Shown here: positions 38,262 through 50,101 of the stretch, in pieces
Layout of the letters: the number at the start of each line of letters is the position of its first letter
How positions within the stretch are numbered: position 1 is the stretch's first letter
Source of the DNA: Octopus sinensis
Taxonomy: Eukaryota
Length of the DNA stretch: 64,000 nt
NCBI RefSeq assembly: GCF_006345805.1
Contig: NC_043003.1
Span: 17,794,001 to 17,858,000, forward strand
Direction of reading: 5' to 3'
The notes under the pieces: model-generated
What the model was told of the DNA's origin: nothing
Seen by the model: only the letters and a program-made list of their open reading frames with translations
Databases searched by the model: none
Position numbers and translations under genes: made by a program

Positions 38262-39040
38262 TCATCATCATCATCATTTAGCACCTGTTTTCCATGCTGG
38301 CATGGGTTGGACAGCTTGACAGGAACTGGCAAGACCAGAGTCCACACCAGGTTTTCTGGTCTGTTTTGACTTGATTTCTACAGCTGAATACCCTTCCTAA
38401 TGCCAACCACTTTACAGAGCGTACTGGATACTTTTTATGTGGCGCCATCACCAGTGTTTTTTTCATGGAACCGTTGCCAGTGCTTTTTATTTGGCATCAT
38501 CACCTGTACGTTTTCCGTGGCAAAGGCACCAGTGATTTTATGTGGTACCATCTCTAGTGCTTTTGAATGTTTTTTTTTCTAACATTTACCTATGGCCTAC
38601 GTCATCATCGTCATCATTATCATCATAATCATCATTTAATGTCTGCTTTCCATACTGGCATGGGTTGGATAGCCTGATTGAGGCCTGGCAAGCCAGGAGG
38701 CTGCACCAGGTTCCAATCTGTTCTGGTAAGGTTTCTACAGCTGGATGCCCTTTCTAATGCCAACCACCACTCTGAGAGTGTAATGGTTGCTTTTTACATG
38801 CCACTGGCATTGACCACACTTGGATGGTGCTTTTCATGTGCTACCAGCACGGGAGTCAGTCCACCGGCACTGGCTTTGACCATGCTTTTTATGTGCTACC
38901 AGCACAGGAGCCAATCTGGCAAAACTGGTATCAACCATGCTCAAATGGTGCTTTTAATGTGCCAACAGCATAGGAGCCAGTCAGGCAGCACTGGCATTGG
39001 CCACAACAATGATTTCACTTGACTCAACAGGTCTTCTCAA
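38262..39040 (-). mobile_element. Two adjacent family-D copies
   Basis: (CAT)n plus ttccatgctggcatgggttgga motifs at about 38270 and 38625. Confidence 0.7.
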
Positions 39041-39381
39041 GCATGACTACATGTATGTAATAATATATTTTAAGCATAAAAATAACCCCACACATTTCTC
39101 CATTTCTATCATGGGCAATGCTTACATCAGCAAAAATTAAACAAATAGTAATACAAAAAATAAATTAAAAATATCAACTGTTCAGTGACCCACAAATACA
39201 TAAAATTAGAAATATATTTATCTACAGATATGACTGTGTGGTTAAGAAGTTTGCTTCACAACCACATGGTTTTGGGTTCAGTCCCACTGTGTAGCTTCTT
39301 CTACTATAGCCCCGAGCTGACCAAAACGTTGTATGAATAGATTTGGTAGATGGACACTGCAAGAAGCCAATCATATATATA

Positions 39382-39543
39382 GGCATAGGTGTGGCTGTGT
39401 GGTAAGTACTTGCTTACAAACCGCATGGTTCCGGGTTCAGTCCCATTGCGTGGCACCTTGGGCAAGTGTCTTCTACTATAGCCTTGGGCCGACCAAAGCC
39501 TTATGAGTGGATTTGGTAGACAGAAACTGAAAGAAGCCCGTCG

Positions 39544-39574
<31 letters not shown>

Positions 39575-39755
39575 TTGTGTGTCTGTGTTTGTCCCCCCCA
39601 ACTTTGCTTGGCAACCGATGCTGGTGTGTTTACGTCCCCGATAGAATAAGTACTAGGCTTACAAAGAATAAGTCCTGGGGTCGATTTGCGCGACTAAAGG
39701 CGGAGCTCAGCATGGCCGCAGTCAGATGACTAAAACGAATAAAAGAGTAAAGAGT
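39382..39755 (+). mobile_element. SINE family A
   Basis: Full-length copy preceded by a head fragment at about 39230-39375. Confidence 0.8.
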
Positions 39756-40024
39756 GTATGTATATATATATATGAAATTGAAGAAATTGGAGTCAGCTAT
39801 TTTTTAATCACTGCATTTGTTTCCACCCAATGTAGTTCTCCCAAAATACAGGTATTTGATTATGCAATTTTGTTTGCATAATAAAATCCAGTTGTGTTTC
39901 CACGGGTGATATTCAAGTGTTGTCTCTGTTAGCTTAAAATCTTCGACTTCAAAGCCACCCTATCTCTCTGTGTTGGTTTGAATTTTGTAGCAGCTGATAG
40001 ATTCATGTTATCACACACACACAT

Positions 40025-40392
40025 TCTTTTATTCTTTTGTTCCAGTCGTTTGACTGTGGTCATGCTGGAGCACCGCCTTTAGTCAAGCAAATCGACCCCA
40101 GGACTTATTCTTTGTAAGCCCAGCACTTATTCTATCAGTCTCTTTTACCGAACCACTAAGTTACAGGGACATAAACGCACCAGCATTGGTTGTCAAGCGA
40201 TGTTGGGGGGACAAATACAGAGACAGAAGCATACACACACACACACGTATATATGACAGACTTCTTTCAGTTTCCGTCTACCAAACCCACTCACAATGCT
40301 TTGGTCGGCCCGAGGCTATAGTAGAAGACACTTGCCCAAGGTGTCATGCAGTGGGACTGAACCCAGAATCATGTGGTTGGTAAGCAAGCTAC
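40025..40392 (-). mobile_element. SINE family A
   Basis: Full-length reverse copy. Confidence 0.8.
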
Positions 40393-40696
40393 ATACCACA
40401 CAGTCACTCCTATAAGTATATATTTATGTGTGCATCACTGTATTTGCTTACAGCTCTGTAATTTAGTGGTTTGACTAAAAGAGGGCTGACAGAATAAATA
40501 CTTGAAAAGTGAAAAAAGTACTGGGCTTGATTTGTTTGAGTGAACTGGTCAAGTGGTGCTCCAGAATGGCTGCAGTCCAATGACAGCCACAAGTAAAAAA
40601 AAAATAAGAGACAGAGATAAAGATGCAGTGTAGATCTTTGACTCATGTGAAATAATGCTGAAAATATATAACATAGAGCACAGAAAGTAGGTTAAT

Positions 40697-40820
40697 ATCT
40701 TACAGCTGTTTCAGCCAAGAGGCTATATTACACCATTGTACTTTTATCCCTCCAGTGAAGTGAAGTATTTGGTAGATAAGATTAAGGTACTTGGGAGTGC
40801 CTCTGGGCTTCGTCAGCAAG
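40697..40820 (-). ncRNA. Type-I hammerhead motif, core intact, palindromic helix III
   Basis: Minus strand: CTGACGA AGCCCAGAGGC...GCCTCTTGGCT GAAAC AGCT GTA; helix II 10 of 11 bp; helix I weak. Confidence 0.6.
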
Positions 40821-40865
40821 TTTAGAAAGCTCATAAAGTCAAGTTATAAATATAAATACGCGCGA

Positions 40866-41500
40866 GAAGACCCGGCAGGACAAGTGAGTCCACAACCCGT
40901 GGCCTTCTACATGGGATGGAGCCAGCCTACGTATGCATACCTTCCCTTCTTGGGACACAAAACTCTACTTGTGAAGACGTGTTGAGGCAAGTGAGGATCA
41001 GAATCGAAATCGATCAATGGAAATTGCGGATGTGCTACCAGTGCCGGTGGCATGTCGAAACTCTGCTTGTGAAGACCCATTGAGGCAAGTGAGGATCAGA
41101 ATCGAAATCGATCAATGGAAATCGATCAATGGAAATTGCAGATGTGTTACCAGTGCCGGTGGCATGTAAGAGAACTTTCCGTTTCGCGACCGTTGCCAGC
41201 ACCGCCCCGTTTCGTGTCCGTTGCCAGCCTCGCCTGGCCCTCGTGCCGGTGGCACATAAAAAGCACCATCCGTTCGTGGCCGTTTGCCAGCTCTGTCTGG
41301 CACCAGTGCGGGTGGCACGTAAAAAGCACCCACTACACTCACGGAGTGGTTGGCGTTAGGAAGGGCATCCAGCCGTAGAAACACTGCCAGATTTGACTGG
41401 GCCTGATGAAGCCTTCTGGCTTCACAGACCCCAGTAGAACCGTCCAACCCATGCTAGCATGGAAAACGGACGCTAAATGATGATGATGATGATGATGATG
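40866..41500 (+). mobile_element. RTE-like LINE 3' end (ORF terminus plus 3'UTR ending in (GAT)n); longest member of family D
   Basis: Begins gagaagacccggc..., similar to the RTE ORF end at 56920 (gagaagacc). Contains an internal tandem duplication (about 40961-41056 / 41058-41167) and ends ccaacccatgctagcatggaaaacggacgctaaatgatgatg. Confidence 0.65.
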
Positions 41501-41882
41501 ACACTGAGAAAAAATTTTCTTTAGCAGAGACTTAGCCATTTTTACAGTTTCGGTTTATTTTAAAACATTGAACATTGACGAAGTACAACTCTAAGAGTTT
41601 GAGGTCTACAACTATCAGCTTGTCTTCCACTATCTTTTATTTTGTATTTGTTTCAGTCATTAGGTTGTGGCCATGCTGGGGCACTGCCTTGAAGAATTTT
41701 TAGTCAAATGAATCATCTCCAATACTTATTTTATTGAAAACCTGGTAACTTAGCAGTTTAGCAAAAGGAATCAATAGTATAAGATATTGTTGATCCCTTT
41801 TGCTAAACTATGGGGACATAAATATACCAACACAATTGTCAAGCAGCGATGGGGGACAAAAACAGACACAAAGACACACACA

Positions 41883-41940
<58 letters not shown>

Positions 41941-41942
<2 letters not shown>

Positions 41943-42259
41943 TAATAATAATAATAATTTGAGGGAATATTATTCCTAACTTACAAGGAAAAATTCAATT
42001 TAGAAATACTAAATCAAATTTCACAAAATATAATATATATATAAAAATTAGAAAAAAACACCTTTTATCAATTCAAAATGAACAGTTAAATGGTGTAATT
42101 AGATGGTGTAATTTAATTGTTCATTTTGAATTGATAAAAGATGTTTTTTCTAATTTATATATATATATTATATTTTGTGAAATTTGATTTAGTATTTCTA
42201 AATTGAATTTTTCCTTGTAAGTTAGGAATAATATTCCCTCAAATTATTATTATTATTAT

Positions 42260-42260
<1 letters not shown>
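41941..42260. repeat. Near-perfect fold-back element (arms about 150 bp) inside the (TA)n of a family-A SINE
   Basis: Arms 41941-42091 and 42111-42260. Confidence 0.9.
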
Positions 42261-42322
<62 letters not shown>

Positions 42323-42974
42323 TGTATATGACAGGCTTTTCAGTGTCTACCAAATCCTCTCACAAGGCTTTGGCCAGCTCAAGACTCAAGCATATAGTAA
42401 ATAAAAATAATTGCCCAAGGTGCCATGCAGTGGGACTGAACCTGAAACTATGTGGTTGTGAAGCAAACTTCTTACCACACAGCCATGCCTGTGCCTATGA
42501 CTGTTGTGAAAATGATAAAATGATATGAGACCATTATTGTTACTTCCAATCCAAGTGCATTATGGTATATTTTACTGAAAGGTTTACAGTCACCCATTTG
42601 TAAATAAAATGGCTACATTCAGATTTGTACTTAAACCTTTTCACCAACCAAAGCAATTTGATTCATATCAACTGTTCCTTGGCTAAAATTCAGGAACAAT
42701 TATTTTCAAAAGTTCATTCAGAACATACTATGGATGCATCTTTTCCTCAGTAAAATGCAACAATGATTAAGGACAAATTTCTTCAGCCTCATTGCTTTGA
42801 TCACACTTCATCAGACACAAACATAGAATGTACTTACTTGTATATTCTTTTACACTTTCTTTTGAAATTCCTCGACTCAACTAAACAACAATCATTCTAC
42901 TTACTAACTTCATCTCATCTGCAATTGGGTGCAATCTGCAATTATAACTGATTTATTACCTAATAATATATATA

Positions 42975-43230
42975 TCATCATCATCATCGTTTAACGTCCG
43001 CTTTCCATGCTGGCATGGGTTGGACGGTTCAACTGGGTCTGGGAAGCCAGAAGGTTGCACCAGGCCCAGTCTGATCTGGCAATGTTTCTACGGCTGGATG
43101 CCCTTCCTAACGCCAACCAGTCCATGAGTGTAGTGGGTGCTTTTTACGTGCCACCAGCACAGGTGCCAGACGAGGCTGGCAAACGGCCACGATCAGATGG
43201 TGCTTTTTACGTGCCACTGGCATGGACTGT
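42975..43230 (-). mobile_element. Family D copy
   Basis: Diagnostic tail motif. Confidence 0.75.
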
Positions 43231-43362
43231 TTATTATAATTCCTTGCTTTATGAATCGACTAGATGGTCACTACATATATATAGATTCAGATGAGTATGG
43301 TACTTAAGTTAAAGGTACCAGAATTTTGTATGGTATTATCCATATAAATCAAATGGAGTGAT

Positions 43363-43634
43363 TATAATCAAAATAAGCAACAAGTATATCCAAGGTAGAG
43401 TAGTACAATTGTTTCATGCTACTTCATTTTATTAAACACTGTAAGTATTACATCAGTTTTAAAATGTTGAGCAATCTTCAGCCACATATAGAATTTTTTT
43501 TAATTAAACGGACAATGCACATTCCTATACTTATTTCATTTGCCAACTGATGTAATACTTACAGTGTTTAATAAAATAAAGTAGCATGAAACAATTGTAC
43601 TACACTACCTTGGATATCCTTGTTGCTTATTTTG

Positions 43635-43640
<6 letters not shown>
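43363..43640. repeat. Inverted repeat (arms 96 bp, 86-nt spacer)
   Basis: Arms 43363-43458 and 43545-43640. Confidence 0.9.
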
Positions 43641-43675
<35 letters not shown>

Positions 43676-44294
43676 TATATATATTACACACTGACGTATG
43701 TGTATCTATTATCATTTATCGTCTGTATTCCATGCTGGCTTGAGTTTAACAGGATCTGACAAGTCAAAGGGCTGCAATGGGCTCTGATGTCTACTTTGGC
43801 AAGCTTTCTACATCCAGCTGGCCTTCTTAATACCAACCACTTAAGAGAGTTTAGTGGGTGTTTTTTTCACAGCACCTGCACTAATAAGGCCTCCCAACTA
43901 ACTCACAAGCAAAGGCCTCTTATACAATGCTGCAAAAATTGCTCTCACCACATCTAGGTTTCAGATTTTGGCACAAGGCCAGCAATTTTGAGGTAAGGGT
44001 TAAATTGATTACATTAACTGGTATTCGTTTTATTGACCCCCAAAAAGATAAGAGGCAAAGTCAACTTCAGTGAAATTTGAACTCAAAAGGATGAAATGCT
44101 GCTTGGCATTTCATCCAGCAAGCCAACAATTCTGCCAGTTTGCAACACTTTTCCATATCTATATTTAGCAGCAGGATACAATTTCTGTTTGCAAATTCCA
44201 AACACAGTCTCAAAAGCAATAACCAGGTGAAGAATTGTATCTTCTGTCAGAATTCTACAAACACTGTATATTTCAGGCCTGTAGCTTCTGATAT

Positions 44295-44685
44295 CTCTTT
44301 TACTTGTTTCAGTCATTTGACTGTGGCCATGCTGGGGCATCATCTTTAGTTGAGCAAATCGACCCCAGGACTTATTCTTTGTAAGCCAAGTACTTATTCT
44401 ATCGATCTCTTTTGCCGAACTACTAAGTTATGGGGGGACGTAAACACACCAGTATCGGTTGTCAAGCGATGTTGGGGGGACAAACACAGACACACAAACA
44501 TACATACATATATATATACATATATATGACGGGCTTCTTTCAGTTTCCGTCTACCAAATCCACTCACAAGGCTTTGGTCGGCCCGAGGCTGTAGTTGAAG
44601 ATACTTACCCAAGGTGCCATGCAGTGGGACTGAACCTGGAACCATGTAGTTGCTAAGCAAGCTACTTACCACACAGCCACTCCTA
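44295..44685 (-). mobile_element. SINE family A
   Basis: Full-length reverse copy. Confidence 0.8.
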
Positions 44686-44717
44686 CTCCTATATATATAT
44701 ATATATATTATTTGGTG

Positions 44718-44980
44718 TTTGAGAAGAAGACCCATAGAATCAAGTAAAATCGCAGTCGTGGCAGATACTAATGTCATGTAAATGGTACCTGTGCCAGTGG
44801 CACGTAAAAGCACCCATTACACTCTCGGAGTGGTCGGCGTTAGGAAGAGCATCTAGCTGTAAAAATCATGTCAAATCAGACTGGAGTCTGGTGCAGCACC
44901 TCAACTAACCCTAACCCTAACCCTGGTCAAACCGTCCAACCCATGCCAGCATGGACAACAGACGTTGAATGATGATGATG
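44718..44980 (+). mobile_element. Family D copy containing (CTAACC)3
   Basis: Diagnostic tail motif. Confidence 0.7.
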
Positions 44981-45760
44981 ATACAAAGAAGACATTAGAG
45001 CTCCAATGAATTTGGAAAAAGTAATCACAGAAGCTCATTTAATAGAAAGCTGCTTGGAGTAATGCAGAAGCTATCAATCCAAGGGAAACAACCCAAATTT
45101 CCAGTTGAAATATGGCCTCTCTTTTTCACAGCAAATGTTTATAAATAAGGAACAGAGTAAACTGAAAAATATGTCTATATCTATCTATCTATTTATCTGT
45201 CTGTCTGTCTGTCCGTCTATCTATCTATCTATCTATCTATAATACACACACACCGATATATACACACAGACACACACACACAGGTACATACATACACACA
45301 CTTTTTATTTGTTTATTTGGAAGAGAAAAACGAAGACTTTATTAAGGTTTAACTTCTTAAAAGCAGCATACAGTAAAAATCAAATTTGATCTTTCTAATT
45401 TCCTTTTTAATGCTCATTGCTTTAAATGTGTTAACATTAACTAATAATAATAATATATTTCTTTACTTAACTAATAATAATAATAATAATGAAATTATTG
45501 TATACAGTGCTCAGGTGCACCACAACTTGTTTGAAAGTGCGTATAAAGTATATGCAGTAATGTACAAATTTCTCTATGGATGTTTTACTACCTTGGTCAT
45601 AAATTGATATTTGTAATCTTTCAATAAGCAGTTTTCACCAGGTAGATCTGGTGTTAGTTTCTAATGGCTTAGTCTTTCATTCAGCAGTGTCTGCTATGTT
45701 TCTTAAATACCAGTTCCATAACATACAAAACATATTAAGTTCATAATTTTTATATTATTA

Positions 45761-46243
45761 TTAACCCTTTTGTTACCGTATTTATTTTGAGATGCTCTGT
45801 GTTTCTTTCAATTATTTTAAACATAACAAAGAATTTAGTAAAATAACTTAGTTATCATTCAGCTACTGTTAGGAACATAAATTGTGACTAAGGTTTGGTG
45901 GAAGATTTTAATTGAAAATTTATATGAAAACAATACATTTGTACTAAGAGCCAGAGCCAGTTTCAGCTGGGTTGGTATCAAAAGGGTTAAGAATTGTTTC
46001 TCTATTATATATTTTAACCCTTTTGTTACCATATTTCTGTTGAGATGCTCTGTGTTTCTTTCAATTAATTTGAAATATAACAAAGAATTTAGTAAAATAA
46101 CTTAGTTATCATTCAGCTGGTGTTAGGAACATAAATTGTGACTAAGGTTTGGTGGAAGATTTAAATTCAAAACTTATGAAAACAAGACATTTGTATTAAA
46201 GAGCCAGAACCAGTTTTGGCCGGGCTGTTAACGAAAGGGTTAA
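45761..46243. mobile_element. Two tandem TTAA-flanked MITEs (45761-45990, 46014-46243), second family
   Basis: TTAACCCTTT...AAAGGGTTAA ends; inverted homologue at 49880-50101. Confidence 0.75.
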
Positions 46244-46247
46244 GGTG

Positions 46248-47340
46248 GTAAAGCGGCAAGCTGGCAGAATTGTTAGTATGCTGAACAAAATGCTTAGCCT
46301 ATCACTACATTCTGAGTTCAAATTCCGCCGAGGCCGACTTTGCCATTTTGTCTTTTTAGGGTCAATAAATTGAGTAGCGGTTTGATACTGGGGCCAATGA
46401 AATCAACACATTCACTCCCCACAAGTTGCTGGCCTTGTGGCAAAATTTGAAACCATTGAGGGTGGCGAGCTAGCAGAATCGTTAGCCTGCCAAAGGCGGC
46501 GAGGTGGCAGAATCATTAGCACACCGGGTAAAATGCTTAGCGGTATTTCATCTGCCGTTACGTCCTGAGATCAAATTCCACCAAGGTCGACCTTGCCTTT
46601 CATCCTTTCTGGGTCGATAAATTAAGTACCAGTTACGCACTTGGGTCAATTTGATCGACTTAACCCATTTGTCTGTCCTTGTTTGTCCCCTCTATGTTTA
46701 GCCCCCTGTGGGCAATAAAGAAATAAGAATCGTTAGCATGCCAGGTGAAACGCTTAGTGGTATTTCCTCTGCTGCTATGTTCTGAGTTCAAATTCCACTG
46801 AGGTCAGCTTTGCCCTTCATCCTTTCAGGGTTGAAGAAATAAGTACCAGTTACACACTGGGGTTGACGTAATTGACTAATCCCCTTCCTCCAAAAATTTT
46901 CAAGGCCTTGTACTAAGGGTAGAAATAAATATTATTAAAGTGGTAAGACAGCAAAATTGTTAGCACACTCGACCAAATGCTACTAAGCATTGTTTCAGTC
47001 TTTATGTTCTGAGTTCAAATTCTGCCGAGGTCAGCTTTGACTTTCATCCTTTCAGAACTGATAAATTAAGTACCAGTCAAGCACTGGGGTTAATATTATC
47101 AATTAGCCCCCTCCCCCATCACCCAAAATTGCAGGCCTTGTGCCTGTAGTAGAAAGGATTATTTATTATTATATTGTTTGTCTTTACATTCTGAGTTCAA
47201 ATTCCATAAAGGTCAACTTTTGCGAGTAATCATCTTTTTCGCAATCACTGAAATAAATACAAGTTGAACATTGGTGGTCAATGTAATCGATTAACTGCCA
47301 CTCCCAAAATTTGAGGCCTTGTGCTTCCAGTAGAAAGGAT
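46248..47340 (+). mobile_element. Cluster of five to six head-to-tail family-B SINE copies and fragments
   Basis: Repeated ctggcagaa / gagttcaaattcc / aagtaccag modules. Confidence 0.75.
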
Positions 47341-47477
47341 TATTATTATTATTACTATTATTGTAGTTGTTGTTGTTGTTGCTGTTGTTGTTGTTATCTC
47401 CACCTTAGTGAAGGTGGAGGTATTGTTTTCAGTCATGTTTGTCTGTTTATTTGTCCGTGGACAAGATATCTCAAGAA

Positions 47478-47613
47478 TTATTATTATTCAGGTCACTGCT
47501 TAGAATCGAACTCGGAATCTTGGGGCTAGTAGCCCGTAATCTTAACCACTACGCCATATGCACGGGCTACTAACCCCAAGATTCCAAGTTTGATTCCAAG
47601 CAGTGACTTGAAC

Positions 47614-47644
<31 letters not shown>

Positions 47645-47830
47645 TTGAAAAATATCTTAGGAATGAGAACCCTGGCTCGAAATTTCCCCAAGACACCCGA
47701 AGAAGGCTGGAGGGTATATCAGCCGAAATGTTGTGTTAACAACAAACAAGTTGAGGACAAATATCCGTCAAATGTAAATAATGTAAATAATGTAAATAAT
47801 TCCTCATCTCTTAAATATAGAACTGTCTAA
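47478..47830 (+). mobile_element. tRNA-headed, (AAT)n-containing, hammerhead-tailed SINE-like element (family H) with an inverted head at its 5' end
   Basis: Inverted full head (A box 47546-56 and B box 47502-13 on minus) fused to a 5'-truncated plus head at 47562, then (AAT)n, hammerhead and an (AATGTAAAT)x3 tail. Confidence 0.6.
47692..47737 (+). ncRNA. Minimal type-I hammerhead motif (U4>C, C15.2>U) in the tail of a tRNA-headed element
   Basis: GACAC CCGAAGA A GGCTG-gagggtatat-CAGCC GAAAT GTT GTGTT. Confidence 0.6.
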
Positions 47831-48419
47831 AATACTTCTGTTTCTGATTTAACATCTTACACTCTATTGAATGGTTAGTGGTTGAGTGGAGGCAATGTAT
47901 GGTCACAAGAATCCTTTAGTTTTGCTGAGGACAATGCAACTTCTCTAATATTGGTACCATGTTAAAATGCACTTTGTTCTCTCTGTAAAGAGGTTGGTAA
48001 TTGGAAGTGCTTCTATCCTTGGAAACTGAGTTGAAAAGGAAATGTATAAGCAAGAATTGGTCCATGCCTGTCCAATGTCTGCCAGCATGGAAAGCAGAAT
48101 ATAAAATGATGGTGAATTCTAGTTATAGGTTATTGGTCTATAATTCTAGTTATAGGTCTATCAAAAACCTTAATCAGGGCAGTACTGTTAACTTTAGGAA
48201 CCATTGTCCATAGGAAATATTACCTTGGCTGGAAACTAGTGAGGGTTGGTGTCAGGAAGAGTATCCAGCTGTAGAAGACCTGCTTCTGTAAATTCCATCT
48301 GAGTCATGCAAGCATGGAAAAGTTAACGAGCTGAACATTAAATGATGATGAAGATGATGATGTTTTACTGTTGATTAATGAGACAAAGGCAACAATAGAA
48401 ACATATACAATCTCCTGTA

Positions 48420-48782
48420 TAGGTGCAGGAGTGGCTGTGTGGTAAGTAGCTTGCTAACGAACCACATGGCACCTTGGGCAAGTGTCTTCTACTATAGCCT
48501 CGGGCCGACCAAAGCCTTGTGAGTGGATTTAGTAGACAGAAACTGAAAGAAGCCTGTTGTATATATGTATATGTGTGTGTGTCTGTGTTTGTCCACCCAA
48601 CATTGCTTGACAACCGCTGATGGTGTGTTTACGTCCCTGTAACTTAGCAGTTCAGCAAAAGAGACTGATGGAATAAGTACTAGGTTTACAAAGAATAAGT
48701 CCTGGGGTTGATTTGCTCGACTAAAGGCGGTGCTCCAGCATGGCCACAGTCAAATGACTGAAACAAGTAAAAGAGTAGAAGA
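48420..48782 (+). mobile_element. SINE family A
   Basis: Copy with a short deletion in the head. Confidence 0.8.
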
Positions 48783-49879
48783 GTATCCACCAACATCTTA
48801 CTAAATTACCTTTAATTATATTAAAGTATCTAAGACACTGGCTTGCAGAATATTAAATTTCCTTGTGACTACATAATGTATGCAAATACTTTCACTTTAT
48901 AATAATTGCCTTGAGTTAAGTTTTTAATTAGAAGGATTCCAAGAGTTTGCAGAATTTTCACCTTCTGTCTAACGAATTGACCTACATTTTTGCAGTGTTT
49001 TTTTTTTCTCTTATATACATTCTTTACTTATTACTAAGCATTCGTTATATCTTAACTTTCCATTCACTTGGTGCAATAGTTGAAATTCACAAAATCACTT
49101 CTCGGTGATTTCAAATTTACTGACCAACAAAATACTGAAATTAAGTATACGGGTGGGTGGTGCTCGAAGCAGAGGTGTGAAATAAACTCTAGATCAGTTC
49201 AACAGGTCAGATATATTCCAAACATGTATTTGAACTGACCTAACAATTGAAATTAATTTACTACCATTGTAATTGTATTTACCTCTCAAAAAAAAAAAAA
49301 GAAATTAAATTAAATTAGCCTGTTTATTGTTCTATTCTCCTAATTTTGGCAACACTTCTAATAGAATAATATATGTCGATGCATTTCATTCATTTCTCTT
49401 GTTTATTTAAACCACTTTACTTTTTATATTCCACTGTCCTTTGTTTAGAAGGTCAAATAGTTCGCATTACAATTTGTGTGTCCTCTTTCGCTGCTCACCG
49501 CTGTTTTGCGTTTGTACATTGTCTAGCTTATTATTTCCATCTAACTACTTCCCCTCAGTCTTTTATCGAGACCGAGAGACTTGTAAGTGCCTTTTGCTAC
49601 TTGGTGTTTACATTCTATAAACTACAAGTTATACCCAAGATGTTTTATTTTCCTCTGACGTGAATCTGTTATTTTTGTCTCTTTGAAACTGTTCAAATAT
49701 CGAAAATTACCAATAAAATTAAAATGAGTATGGAACCATTATCTTTCACACAACACTTTGATATCTTTTGAGTTCATCTCTGTAATGCAGGTAAAATATT
49801 TTTTTTAGTTTCCAAAAACAGCCATTCTCATGTATTGATTCTGTATTATTATCGTCAGCACCACTATCATCATCATCAT

Positions 49880-50101
49880 TTAACCCTTTCGTTACCAACC
49901 CGGCTCTGACTCTTTAGTTTAAATGTCTTGTTTACATAAGTTTTTGAATTAAAATCTTCCACCAAACCTTACTCGCAATTTATGTTCCTAACACTAGCTT
50001 AATGATAGCGAAGAAATTTTTACTAAATTCTTTGTTATATTTAAAATTAATTGAAAGAAACACAGAGCATCTCAAAATAAATACAGTTATGAAAGGGTTA
50101 A
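49880..50101. mobile_element. TTAA-flanked MITE, opposite orientation to 45761-46243
   Basis: Shared internal sequence (gaaagaaacacagagcatctc). Confidence 0.75.

Noticed and set aside
40983-41120. Hammerhead look-alike GTGAGGATCAGAATCGAAATCGATC (twice)
   Set aside because: No CUGANGA in register with the possible helix II; part of the RTE 3'UTR duplication.
49655-49716. CTGACG...GAAAC...AATAAA, pLTR-like
   Set aside because: The core is interrupted and helices could not be drawn.
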